From contig CM035351.1 in NCBI GenBank assembly GCA_020137815.1, forward strand, positions 3,968,001 through 4,032,000: 64,000 nucleotides of DNA, in the 5' to 3' direction. Positions 23,349 through 35,084 of the stretch are shown here, in pieces. The notes under the pieces are model-generated. The model made no database searches, was not told where the DNA came from, and saw only the letters and a list, made by a program, of their open reading frames with translations. The DNA is from Hormiphora californensis. Lineage: Eukaryota; Animalia; Ctenophora. A program made the translations under genes and the position numbers. Position 1 is the stretch's first letter. Each line of letters opens with the position of its first letter.

Positions 23349-24243
23349 GACTAGAAAGCCCATTGAAGTCCTACAACAGCCCCCCCCCCCCCCACCCGTC
23401 TCTATGTCCCCCCCCCCTCTTACTCTTCGTCTCTCCATGTCGGGGTAAAGAATTCGGAGGTTGGTATAGTGGTAGAGCGCTGGTGATAAACATCAAGGGA
23501 AATCCCGTTGAATAACATGTAGAATCAGGTGATAAAGATCCGTAGAATTGTAGCTGTGTGTAGAGAATCATCGGGGTACGTAGGTAGAAAGGCTTTGGCA
23601 ATCATGGCAGCTCCAGCAGTAGATCCAAAACACCACAGGAACAACACAGGAACACGCAACAAACAACCAATAACATGCACGTGCAGTATCCCCCTCCCAT
23701 ACCCCTCCCAAGCCACCTCCTTGGCAACCCCCCTATATTTGCACGTGTGGATACTACATCATACTCCTCACCACGCCACGCATTTGTACTTTTGTAATAA
23801 GGACTAGAAAGCCCATTGAAGTCCTACAACACCCCCCCCACATCCGTCTCTATGTCTCTCTCCCCCTCTCTTACTATTCGTCTCCATGTCGGGGTAAAGA
23901 ATACAGAGGTTGGTAGTGGTAGAGCGCTGGTGATAAACATCAAGGGAAATCCCGCTGAATAACATGTAGAATCAGGTGATAAAGATCCAAAAATTGTAGC
24001 TGTGTAGAGAATCAACGGGGTACGTAGCTTTGGCTATCATGGCGGCCCAACAGTAGATCCCAAAACACCACAGGAACAACACAGGAACACGCAACAAACA
24101 ACCAACAACATGCACGTGCAGTATCCCCCCTCCAATACCCCTCCCAAGCCACCTCCCAGGGCAACCCCCCACCATTTGCACGTGTGGATAGGACATCTTC
24201 ATCATCACCACGCCACGCATTTGTACTTTATAATAAGGATAGT
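23349..24243. repeat. Tandem duplication, 2 x about 450 bp
   Basis: gactagaaagcccattgaagtcctacaaca starts at 23349 and 23802. Both units end catttgtacttt.taataagga. Confidence 0.92.
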
Positions 24244-24507
24244 CTCTGCATTCTCTTGTATCTCATAATGTTGCAGCAATAGTCCCATTCGATCGAATTC
24301 GAGCTGAAAGGCAACCTCAGATCCGCTAACTGCAACACGAGTATTGAGCGATAAAAGGTGAGACAATCAGATGAATACGACATAGTATTGAGATATGGGA
24401 CATTAATCTCGGTAGCGACAGAGGTATCCATTTGACTAAATATTGAGGCAATAAACGGGCTCACAGCCTCAGTTACCCTGATTGCTACCCCGTCTTTGCC
24501 GTAAATC

Positions 24508-26076
24508 ATGCTGTCTCTCGTTATTACAGCAGCTCTGCTGGTCTTTACTGCCGGGGCGGCTTCCTCCTCCAAGCCCCACATTCTGTTCGTGTTAATGGAT
24601 GATCAGGGGTATGGGGATGTGGGATACACGTACCCTGGGGAGCCTAAAGACATAGTCAGCCCCCTCATTGATCAACTGGCAGGAGAGGGGCTAATCTTGG
24701 ACAGGTTTTACGCCCAGTCCCTCTGTACACCATCCAGAGCTGCCCTCCAGACGGGCGTCTACCCGATATCACTGGGGATCCAAGCCAACGTGTTTCTGAC
24801 CCACACCAAACAGTGCCTCCAGAGCGATAGAATCCTGATTGCTGAGGCCATCCGAGCTAATGGCTACGCAACACACTTGGTGGGAAAATGGCACCTTGGG
24901 TATTCTAGTTGGGATTGTTTACCATGTGCCAGGGGATACGACACTGCCTACGGGTTCACGCAGGGCATGACAGACTACTTTGATCACACTGTCGGCGAAT
25001 ACCAGGACTTCTACTACTGTTCGGCAGGGAATGACACCCACAATGTCAGCATCTCGTCCCTACCAGGAACAACTGGGACATACAGCATGAAACTGTACCA
25101 GGAGAGAATCAACCAAATTCTAGATGATCACGACCCAGAGCAACCTCTCTTCCTGTTTTACTCTATGCAGACGATACACGCACCCTTCGAGACGACCGAT
25201 TATGATCTCAGTCCGAATTGTACGGATATGACGGACCCCCTATGTGTTATGCAAGGGATGATTAACAGTGCCGAGGATTCCCTAAACAGAACAATAATCC
25301 AACTCCAGAAAAAGGGAATGTGGGAAAATACGATAATGGTTTATGCGAGTGATAATGGTTCACCTCCAAACGACTATGGGTCCAATATGCCGCTTAGAAA
25401 CTACAAGGGGACACTGTTTGAAGGAGCTGTAAGGACCCCAGCCTTCCTGTACAGTGCGAACGAGACACTAGTTGTGCCTCGAGGCAGGACATTCTGTAAG
25501 GTTCACATTACTGACTGGTACCGGACTCTCATCGAAACTACAGGAGGATGGGATGCCTACCTGGAGGAACACCCAAACTCAACCGTACCTGAGGAATTGG
25601 ACAGTATCGACCAGTCGAAACTCCTGCTGACTGGCGAGACAGAGGAGTGTCTCCGCGATGAGCTACTGGTGCATATTGATCCTGTTGGGCAGAAGGCTGC
25701 ATATATCAAGGGAGACCTTAAGGTGCTGTTTGGGGAGCACGGTTCTCATAGTGACGACTGCGAACAGGGCGTGTGGTACAACCTTAGTACAATAGATTAT
25801 ACTAACATCCAGCTTTACAACTTGACGATGGACCCTGCCGAGAGTAGGAATTTGGCTCATATGTTTCCAGATGCTGTCGAGGAATTGAAGGAGAGAATTC
25901 AGAGTTATGTCAAGGACCAGGCTCCACTCCAATGCAGTGCCGCAACCTTTTCCGGGAGTTTCCCCATCCCTACCGTTCCCTACTTTCTACCATTCGATTT
26001 TCCCGGTGGGGTGGTTCCTGAGTGGGCAACGTACGTTCCTGAAAACCATAATTTGACCCTGATTGAAGAAGAATGA
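24508..26076 (+). CDS. Arylsulfatase B/I/J-like sulfatase, secreted/lysosomal, intronless
   Basis: 522-aa ORF with signal peptide, PHILFVLMDDQGYGDVG, CTPSRAALQTG (FGly motif), GKWHLG, SDNG, KGTLFEG and LYNL..DP.E..NLA. Confidence 0.95.
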   Translation: MLSLVITAALLVFTAGAASSSKPHILFVLMDDQGYGDVGYTYPGEPKDIVSPLIDQLAGEGLILDRFYAQSLCTPSRAALQTGVYPISLGIQANVFLTHTKQCLQSDRILIAEAIRANGYATHLVGKWHLGYSSWDCLPCARGYDTAYGFTQGMTDYFDHTVGEYQDFYYCSAGNDTHNVSISSLPGTTGTYSMKLYQERINQILDDHDPEQPLFLFYSMQTIHAPFETTDYDLSPNCTDMTDPLCVMQGMINSAEDSLNRTIIQLQKKGMWENTIMVYASDNGSPPNDYGSNMPLRNYKGTLFEGAVRTPAFLYSANETLVVPRGRTFCKVHITDWYRTLIETTGGWDAYLEEHPNSTVPEELDSIDQSKLLLTGETEECLRDELLVHIDPVGQKAAYIKGDLKVLFGEHGSHSDDCEQGVWYNLSTIDYTNIQLYNLTMDPAESRNLAHMFPDAVEELKERIQSYVKDQAPLQCSAATFSGSFPIPTVPYFLPFDFPGGVVPEWATYVPENHNLTLIEEE

Positions 26077-26718
26077 ACCCACAATTATAGTATGAATAAG
26101 GAAATTCTGGGTGCTCGTTAGATGATAGATAGGCATGGGATAGTGTTATAATTTCCACTAGCTAATAAACTAATGATTTTGACTCTTAATTGATCCAGGG
26201 ACCCTCTGAGAGACTTGCGATGCCTAGTTTAGTATCTTCCTAGCCTATTTATGACAAACGATCAATGTAAATTTCTGTAGTATTTTTCTGGTTGTTTAAA
26301 AATAGTTCTTCATTTCGTCAATGATAATTCCGGGGAGGTCAGGGAGGTGCAGTGCTGTTTCAGAAACTCGTCACGTGAAAACTTGGCCGCTATGTAACCG
26401 ATTCGGAGATTTCTATATTCGACTGGAGTAATCACCCATGGGCTTACGTTGGGTAAAGCTATCAGTAGTCGTTGATTGGCTCGCTTGAACACGTCAGCGT
26501 AATCTGTCATATTCTCTAGCCTGCTCCCTGGCAGCAGCAGTTCTCCTGGACCTAGATAAACGTTGCCGAATAGCGCTTGGGGTGGAAGAGCTAGACATCA
26601 GGACAGAAGTAAAAGAATGCACGTGCAGAATTTAATTTCCCCTTGGTACCCAACTGCAACCGGGAGAGTGTCTCCAGGTCCCTCTAATAATTGCACGTGC
26701 CAGTGTAGTCGCTAGGTA

Positions 26719-26889
26719 CAGTCGGACCCCGATTTAGGACCCCCTGATTTAGTGGCACCCCGATTTAGGGACAGGATTTTTTCCCCCGATATAGGAAATT
26801 AACCTTACTTGACCTCGATTTAGTGGACACCCCGATTTAGTGGACAAGAGCCTTTCCCCCGAGGGTGTCCCTAAATCGGGGTCCGACTG
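26719..26889. mobile_element. pogo/Tigger-like MITE
   Basis: TA|cagtcggaccccgatttagg ... cctaaatcggggtccgactg|TA with internal cccgatttag repeats. Confidence 0.88.
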
Positions 26890-27251
26890 TACATAGTATG
26901 ATTATCGAAAATATTTGAGAAAAATAAACGAAACGTACGAAAATTGTTTCAGTCTTCATCATATAACCGAAACGAAACGAAACGAAAAAAATTTGAGAAA
27001 AAATAAACGAAACAAAACGAAACGAAAAAAAATGAGAAAAAATAAACAAAACGAAACGAACTGAAAACCCCAAAACGTCCGGTTCCTAGGCGCGGTATGG
27101 CGCCGTACGCACGCATGATTGCATGGCCTTTTGCTTATATTTGCGGCGGCCAGTTTTATAGCGTGTGGAATATTATACTCAGTATAGTATACTGGAAAGC
27201 GCCAATGAATGGCGTTGCAAGATATCGATGAATATTTTAGGCGACGTGAGT

Positions 27252-29011
27252 AGCAAACTTAGAGCGGACGATGATATTGCAATATTATCGTCCGCTCTAA
27301 ATTGTCTACCTAACGCATTACGCAATCTAAATATATTTCCTGTCCCCTTGACTATTATTGTTCACATATTTTGATCACTATAGATCTAACACCTAATGAG
27401 AAACCATATATTTCCTTTGCGTAGAGATAGTTCCTCGTGGGTCGCCCTAAACTCAAAGAAGAAGAAGAACTTCTTCTTTTTCGAATGCCTGGGCTTCTTT
27501 TAAAGAAGTCCTCTTTCCACACCACTTTCCCGGACACAACTTTCCCGGACACCATGAATGTCCTTTAACAACAAAGGAGAAAAATTGTCCAAATAATTTA
27601 TGCAAATTATAGTGATGAAGGAAATTTATAGCGAACGAGAATATTGCTATATCATTGGCCGCTATAAATTTGCTACCTAACGTAAACTAAAAACCTACAT
27701 ATTATTATTATCTGCGGAAGCCCTTGACTATTGTTCAGTGGTCACAAAACATATTTTATCTCTATAGATCTAAAACCGAATGAGTTGCAAACCCCCTTTC
27801 CACCTCTCAAACAATGGATTTGCCGCCCAGCAGTCTCCATACTGTAGTATAAAACCCCAGAGCTATTCATTTTTTGATAACATTTTTTATTTGAACTTTA
27901 CAAGACTGAATAGTACATTTTAGTTCCGGAATGTTTCGAGCAACTCTTCTTATCATATCTTTGGCTTGGTAAGTTACTTATAAACATGAATAGTTGTTAT
28001 ATATCACAGAAGTCTCATCCGTCCACCAACATACCATAATGGACATTGGACATTATTGTAATTGCTCAACAAACCAGCAAGTTTAGTAGGTTTAATATTT
28101 CAACCCAATCCTTTTGTTCTAGGTGTGTTTTGGCCTTGCCGGAAAAGCTTGTTAGGAGAGGAGACACAGAGGAGGCGATACTGAAGTTTACCAACGAAAA
28201 GCGGGCTTTACACGGATCACCCGCTCTAACTATCGATGCGACCATCACAGCTGCCGCTGCCAAATGGTGTGCCACCCTCGCCAGTGAGAATAAATTCTAC
28301 CACAGCAAAAATGGGTAAGGGAAATTAACTTAAATATTGGCAGAATTAGATATATATATATATCGGGCCGGGAACAAACAGTTTATTAGTCTCACACATA
28401 ATTACCCCCAAGTTATGGTGAGAATCTGGCCGCTTCTAAGGGTACACCCGCTAGTGCCATCCCAGCTCAATCAGTGGGTATGTGGTATAATGAGATAAAG
28501 AACTACGACTGGAACAACCCTGGATTTAGCTACAAAGTCGGACATTTTACTCAGGTACGTATCACTACTTTTACATAGGCTTACTAAATATTTTAGCCCC
28601 TTGCTGGTGCCCAGCCATATTCCCAGTAATAGTATAAACAGGTGAAGCATATCATTCCCACATAACATGCCATCCATCCCTCCCAATCAGTTGGTGTGGA
28701 AGAACACTAAGAAGATGGGATGTGCAGTGACTGACGCTGCTGATAACGCTGATGGTTGGATCTACACTTGCTGCGACTATTACCCTCCCGGAAACTACCT
28801 AAGACGGTTCGAGGAAAATGTCCCCGAGCTCCTGTAAACAGAGCTGTTAAACTAGTAGCGTCTGACATGACACTTGTCAGACATTTTAGAGTCTGTATGC
28901 TATGAATTTAAGTTTCAAAATTTCAGAGTAATTGATCTCAGCCTCCCTTGTACCTCCCGGGGACGTCCCTAGAAATGTTCAGCAGGGGGGTAATAATAGA
29001 TGAACCCCACA
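27252..29011 (+). repeat. Segmental duplication, copy 2
   Basis: Paralog of 19713-22386, lacking two TIR insertions present in copy 1. Confidence 0.93.
27931..28837 (+). CDS. Secreted CAP/SCP-domain protein (GAPR-1/PR-1-like), copy 2
   Basis: Same four-exon structure as copy 1: MFRATLLIISLAW|CVLALPEK..., GENLAASKG, GHFTQ|LVWKNT...VPELL*. Frame intact. Confidence 0.92.
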
Positions 29012-30430
29012 AGACTCAATGGCAATTCTGACGCAATTTTTGAGGGTTTGTGAGGTTTACTATTATGATCCCCTAGCTGGGAGTTTTGTGGGGAACGTCC
29101 CCGGGGCATCTTTCACATGGTTTATTTGTACTGTGTGTGTAGTTTTCAAGGATAGCAGCATCATAGTCTGCCCGGAACGATTACGGCTCTTCTGCCTTGT
29201 CTCAAGCCATTGAATTAGGAGTACTATCGTTAATGATTTTAGGCAACCACGCTCGCCAATATGCGGACGAAACATTTCGAACTCACCCGCTCCGTCAAAA
29301 TACCCAATGCGGAGCATTGGCTATTTTGACGTAGCACGTGAATCAAAAAAAATACTGCTGCGGCAAAAAACCTATGTGGCGCGTAGATTACACTAAAAAT
29401 CCCATTCAAAACATCAAATTGACCCTTTTCCTTGAATTTTTTCCTTTTCTCTCCATGATCCGAAGTAAAAATGCGGACGCGTCCGCATCGTCCTCATCGC
29501 AGAGCCGCCCCTGAGGCAGACCTAGAAGTGTTGTGCTGCTGAATCGGTAGGAAATGAAGCTTTTGGGCGAAGTGAGGTTGTGTATCGGTACGTATGTTTG
29601 GAAAAAACGTATCTTACCTATTAGGGTTTAATATGGCATATGCTACAGACCCCTTTGCCAGACGCAGTGCGGGATAAGGCATCGCTTTTCAAGGGTGTGG
29701 CTGAAGCCCGGCCTTCTCAAAATCGCTTCAACTCTTTTTTGGTGGTTAAAGGATAAAACTAGCCACCAAATGAAATTTCATGTCGAATGGACCTAATTAA
29801 GAGGTTATACGACCTTGAAGCGCTTTTCAAGACAAAAAAACAAGTTCACTAACCCCAACACTGACAAAAAAACTTGGCCTATGCTACAGGCCCTTAAAGC
29901 CGTGGAAAACGCGCGCACTTGGGGTCTTGGAGGGCAATATTGACAGTGTCAAATTATTGTAAACAGATTTAATAATAATAATGGGGTCTGCAGCGCATGC
30001 CAACAAAAAAACAAGTGAAAAGTCTCATTTTCTGATTTCTGAACATGAAATTGAAAGTGGCACGGCACGGCGCGGTACGCGCGCATGATTGCATGGCTTT
30101 TTGCTTAGATTCGCGGCGGCCAGTTTTATCGCGCGCGCAGAATATTTTACTCAGTATAATATACTGGAAAGCGCCAATGAGTGGTGTTGCAAGATATCGA
30201 ACTCGCCATATATAACTCGCCAAAGCAAAGGTACAAAAACACGCGTGTATACTGTACACGCATATCTCAATACTCTGCGACGAAGGAGTCCTGGAGTCTC
30301 ACTCTCAACGGCCCAGGCCCAGCTCAGGCCGCGGCCATTCAACCAGTTAGCTTCACCGAAGAATCACAGATTCCACTTTCCTCTATGCACCTGTCTGGCG
30401 CCAGCTGCACTGGTCTCTCACTGGTCTCTG

Positions 30431-30541
30431 TGTTGAGTAAATTACTCAGTCCGTCATACACATTTCCACCTGGAAGGGATGAGAGTCTCTCATCCCTTCC
30501 AGGTGGAAATGTGTATGACGGACTGAGTAATTTACTCAACA
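30431..30541. repeat. Perfect 111-bp palindrome (55-bp arms, 1-nt centre)
   Basis: tgttgagtaaattactc...gatgagag-t-ctctcatc...gagtaatttactcaaca. Confidence 0.95.
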
Positions 30542-30691
30542 ATACAAGTACTGGGTGTGCTATCGATCTGAGTCAGAGTGCATTGGCGGAATGACGGGTG
30601 TACTAGTACTCCCACTCTATCTCCTTCTTCTTCTCCGACACCATACAGGAAGTATCCATACAATGAGCAGCCTCTCTCCCCATATCCTCAA

Positions 30692-30761
30692 CCTGTCTGG
30701 CGGCGCCAGACCCCAATTTGATTTGCGACAGTGCGCTCAGATGGGTCGCGGCGCCAGACAG
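30692..30761. mobile_element. About 70-bp dispersed mini-TIR element
   Basis: ctgtctggcggcgccagacccc..cagtgcgctcagatgggtcgcggcgccagacag. Related copies near 15035-15070, 31734-31796, 40040-40090 (reverse) and 56422. Confidence 0.75.
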
Positions 30762-31942
30762 TCCTCAACCAGCTTCCTGCCTGGAAGCTGCTCTCGTCAG
30801 ACCAGCTCAGTGTCTGATCTGTTAATTACATATTGAAAAGGAAAGAATTAGTGCACCGGTTTCTACAGTTCATGACTGCACTCTGCAATAAAGTTTACTG
30901 CTATAGGTGTAACAAAACACACCTGCTACGGCGAAGGGTGCATGATGTCGCCGTGTGTCAATTATCTCCCCACTGTCCTGCTGCTGCACCAACTCCCCGG
31001 CAGGAACTAGGCAAAATTAACCGTATTACTATAAAGCATATAGAAATACTGTCAAACGTTCATTTGTGTTCCTTTGTATGCAAGGATGTTGGAGAGTGAG
31101 AATTGTTGGTGAAGCGCTTCACTGTTGACTTCAGTAACAATTCTCACTCAACTTCAGAAGTAGCCGCATGGCACTCCTCCCCAGTGTTGCGTCAGTAGAA
31201 GTACCAGGCGTGGTTGTATAGTTCCTTCCTACTTCTGCTGCAGTAGAATTCATTAATTGACAAAAGTTGTAGTACCTCTCGAATCTCTTAGTGACAGGTT
31301 ATTTAACGTATCCTTTCAACACTGTGTTTGCAACATCTCTGAACTAAGAAAAAAAAGTTGTAAGTCATGCCAGCCAGGAGTTGTCTCGACAGGAACCTTC
31401 CTCTCTAAATTGAATATCTGTTTGAGACGTTCCTAAGTATGATGTAATCAGTACTATGACAACTAGGCTATTGCACCAGTCGTGTTAACCCAATATATAA
31501 CCTTGTTAGTGGTCTTGTTGAGTTCTCTGGGATAGAATCTGCAAATTCCTTTTGTTTCTAAACGTTCTTACTCTGTCAGAGTTTCTCTCCCTCTCTCATA
31601 TATAGGTTTCCTGTCACCAAATTCAGTTGTGTAGTTGCACTTGCCACTCCTAGTGGAGTTGTTGATCCGTCGCGTCGTCAGTAGTTGCAGGTTATATTTT
31701 GTAAATTTTTATCAGAGGGAGTGAGAGAAATATCTGTATGGCGGCGCCATACCCCATTTGATTCGACAGTGCGCTCAGATGGGTCGCGGCGCCAGGTCTG
31801 AGTACATATTGCTCAAAATGACGTTAATTCAATAGCTCAGAAAGTCACATCCAAATCCGCGAATCTGTGACAGTTGCACCCCTGTTGCCTTGGACAAAAC
31901 AAGCACCCCTGAATACTGACAGCCCAATAATTTTCGCTGCAG

Positions 31943-34521
31943 ATGACTGAGACGGTGCGAGTGTATCATATGGAGAGTGGGGAGGGAGGGGACAACCCAT
32001 TTGAACTGTGTATGAAGAATCTGAGAGATGTACCGGGGAGAGAGGACGACTCGGATCCTTACATGGTACTGTATCTTTGCATGGTTATATCCTATAATTC
32101 TATCAAGTTTTTATTCCATCCATTGGCATGCAGCTGCTACTGAACAATGTTCTGCAGCTGATAATGATTGATTGTTGATTGTGGAAGTTCAGTTTACAGG
32201 ATATTTGCAATGAATCAGCCAACATCTCAGCCAACACTCCTCACTTGGGCACGTCGCGCTACCCCCTGTGCGTTGCCAAACTCCTCACCGTTTCAGGGTT
32301 TTAATGTGGGGATAGTCCGGTACAGGATGGCCCTTTGGAGAGAGCACCTCCCTGAAATCAGTATTGCCGCGGATTGTTCCATGCTCACCGGGCTGACTCC
32401 CGCCATCAAGATTATCAACGCATCCCCAGGTATAGCTTCAGTAGCTTTATTTAATTGAAGGCTCATTTGTTGATATTGAGTAAGTTGTTACTCAACAAAG
32501 GCTCATGGGATTTGTTTATTTGAAAATTGTTTTAGAGGGGTATTTATATTCTTGGTTCTGGTGACGATGATTTTCATCGCCATTTTTTCTTCTAGAAGCC
32601 GCTGCACGTGATTACCTGGCCTGGATTTAGGATTATCTTATATCATTGTTGACCGGTGATCGCTATCTTTCTCATTACTTGGCTAATGAAAACTGTGAAA
32701 TAATATCATCCTGCCTCCCCCATAATAATGCACCGGTCAGAGATATTTGGTCATTGCTCCTAATTTATATCGAGTCGATATAAATTAGGAGCAATGACCA
32801 AATATCTCTGACCGGTGCACCATCCACAGCTGACCAATAAATATTATTATCCAATAGATTTCACAAACATACAATATCTAACCTCCGTCCCCCCCCCCCT
32901 CAGATAGGTTCTTCTATGCGCTAAGTAAGAATGAGATAAAGAGTCTAGTGGATAGTGGCGTGGATCCCCAAACTATAATATTCGCTCAACCAGTCAAGCA
33001 AACCAAACACATTGAATTTGCTGAGCAGCAAAATGTGGGAATCCTGTGCTTTGACTCTGCATTTGAGTTACACAAAATCAGGTATTACTCAGATGTTATT
33101 GATTACAAGTCACTTGCACTTATTGTATAGTTGGTACCAATTTGTGTTTCATTATTCTAACTAAGGCTTTGGACTTTGGAGTTTGGCTCTGTAAGGCTTT
33201 GGAGTTTGGCTCTTTTTTACATTTTAACCTACATCTAGGGCATTTAATACAGTAGTACAGCTCTCCACGTTTTATTAGGTGTCAGGTGTTAATATGTGTA
33301 GCCTAGGGCAAAGCACACACATATATGCGCAGACTCATGTAATAGAATTTGGTATTTGACCTAAAGAGACACTCTCTCTTCCCTAGAACTATACTCTGCG
33401 TCAAACTTTTTACTCCCTCCATGTTTTGCACGTGCACCTCCACCCCTTCCCTCCTCAACAATTCTCCCCAGCACAACCCTTCCCACGTTGCTGAGTAACA
33501 ACAACTCCCATGCAGGAGTGGGTACAAGGCAGCAAGATTGCTAATAAGGATGTGCGTGAAAGATGAAGAAACAGGGATTTCAAAGTATGGTCGCTACCAA
33601 AACAGCTGTCAGGATATTCTCAATACAGCGAGGATGCTCGGGCTTAAAGTTGAAGGTAAATCAGAATATGGTACTTGGACAAACAGTCATATCCCCTGTT
33701 GTTGATTTGTTTGTATGTCCTACGTTCGGGACATCCTCCCCCCCCCCCACCATCCCCCATAATCACACATGAAACCACCACCTGCAGGTGTGGTTGTACA
33801 GTTACACAGTAGCCCTGAATCTCTTGGATCTGACATCAAGGACGCCTGTACCAGCATCAGGAGCCTATTCGAATACGCGGACAAGGCACTCAACTACAAG
33901 ATGTCTACTGTCGTTGTGAAATGCAACCTCCGGTCAGTCACTGAGGAGGATTTCATTGACTTTACCAATGTTATAAACCGGCAATTCCTCATGTCATTTA
34001 AGAAGTTACCAGGGAGAAACACAAAGGCTCACCCAGTTAAAATCATTATTGATCCTGGTGAGTACATCCTGACCGGTACTGTGTGCATGGGTGCAACCAT
34101 TATTGGGGCAAGGAGGATGGGAACGAAGGAGAATAAGAAGGTTTGCTATTACGTGAACGAGTCAATTCACCAGAGTCTGGGAGTCATGCAGGTCATACCC
34201 AACTTCACCCTATCTACCAATGTCCTCTGCTACACCAGCAAGATCAAGAGCAGTAAGGGAGGGGTGGAGGCAACAGTGTATGGGTACACTGAGAGTGCTA
34301 GTGATGTCATATCCACTGGTGGGGTCCTTCCCTCTGACATGGCTAACGGTGATGTGATCTGTATTTCTGGTCTGGGACCCTACTCCGGGGCATTTGGGAG
34401 GAAGTTCCTGATTAACCCTGCTGTTATGTACTACTTCTGTACAAAGGATGACGTAGGCAAATTGCAGGAGTTGATGCCCGAACTAAAACTATCGGGAGAA
34501 GAGGACACGTTCCAGCTTTGA
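31943..34521 (+). CDS. Ornithine decarboxylase-family protein lacking catalytic residues (antizyme-inhibitor-like)
   Basis: Exons 31943-32065, 32297-32429, 32904-33081, 33516-33655 and 33788-34521 splice in frame. ODC motifs: W.EHLP, SKNEI, IIFAQPVKQ..HI.FA, FDSAFELHKI, IIIDPGEY, YYVNES, GD.I...LGPY. Confidence 0.85.
32729..32819. repeat. Perfect 91-bp palindrome (45-bp arms) in an ODC-like intron
   Basis: tgcaccggtcagaga...atatcga-g-tcgatat...tctctgaccggtgca. Confidence 0.95.
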
Positions 34522-35084
34522 GTGTGAGATGTGGGTTAGAGTTTCTTTTAGATGCTTGTGAAAAAAAACTTTTGAAAATGAAATAGGTCGGTGAAATATA
34601 TGTGGACGAGTATTATATAGACAGTAAAGAGAAGGATAGAGAAAGATAATGGGCCGTGGCCTTTGAGAACTGAGATATGCAATATGCTCTGAAATGAGCA
34701 ATACTTTTCTAATCTAATAGGTCGAGTCTAGAATAATTTGGAAACCGGAACTTAGTAGATAGCAGACTTATGAATCGATTATGAAGTCGCGTACGTGTGT
34801 ATATCATGTTGGTGGAAATATATTAATAGAGTTGCGGCCACGTTTAATTAAGGATGATTAAACACTAGGGACAGGAGATACCTGCCCCCCCCCCCCCCCC
34901 CCCCCGGTGGTAATACTGCTGAAAATTAAGTGCATGCAGCGCTCTCATGTGGCTAAGCTGTGAGAGAAGGAGAGAAAGAGAGAAAGAAATTAAGAGAGCG
35001 AGAGGGAGAAAAGAAGAGAGCGAGAGGGAGACAGAGAAACGTTGTGGTTAAGATAAAACACCATTAAACCGTCGAATGTTTAAA

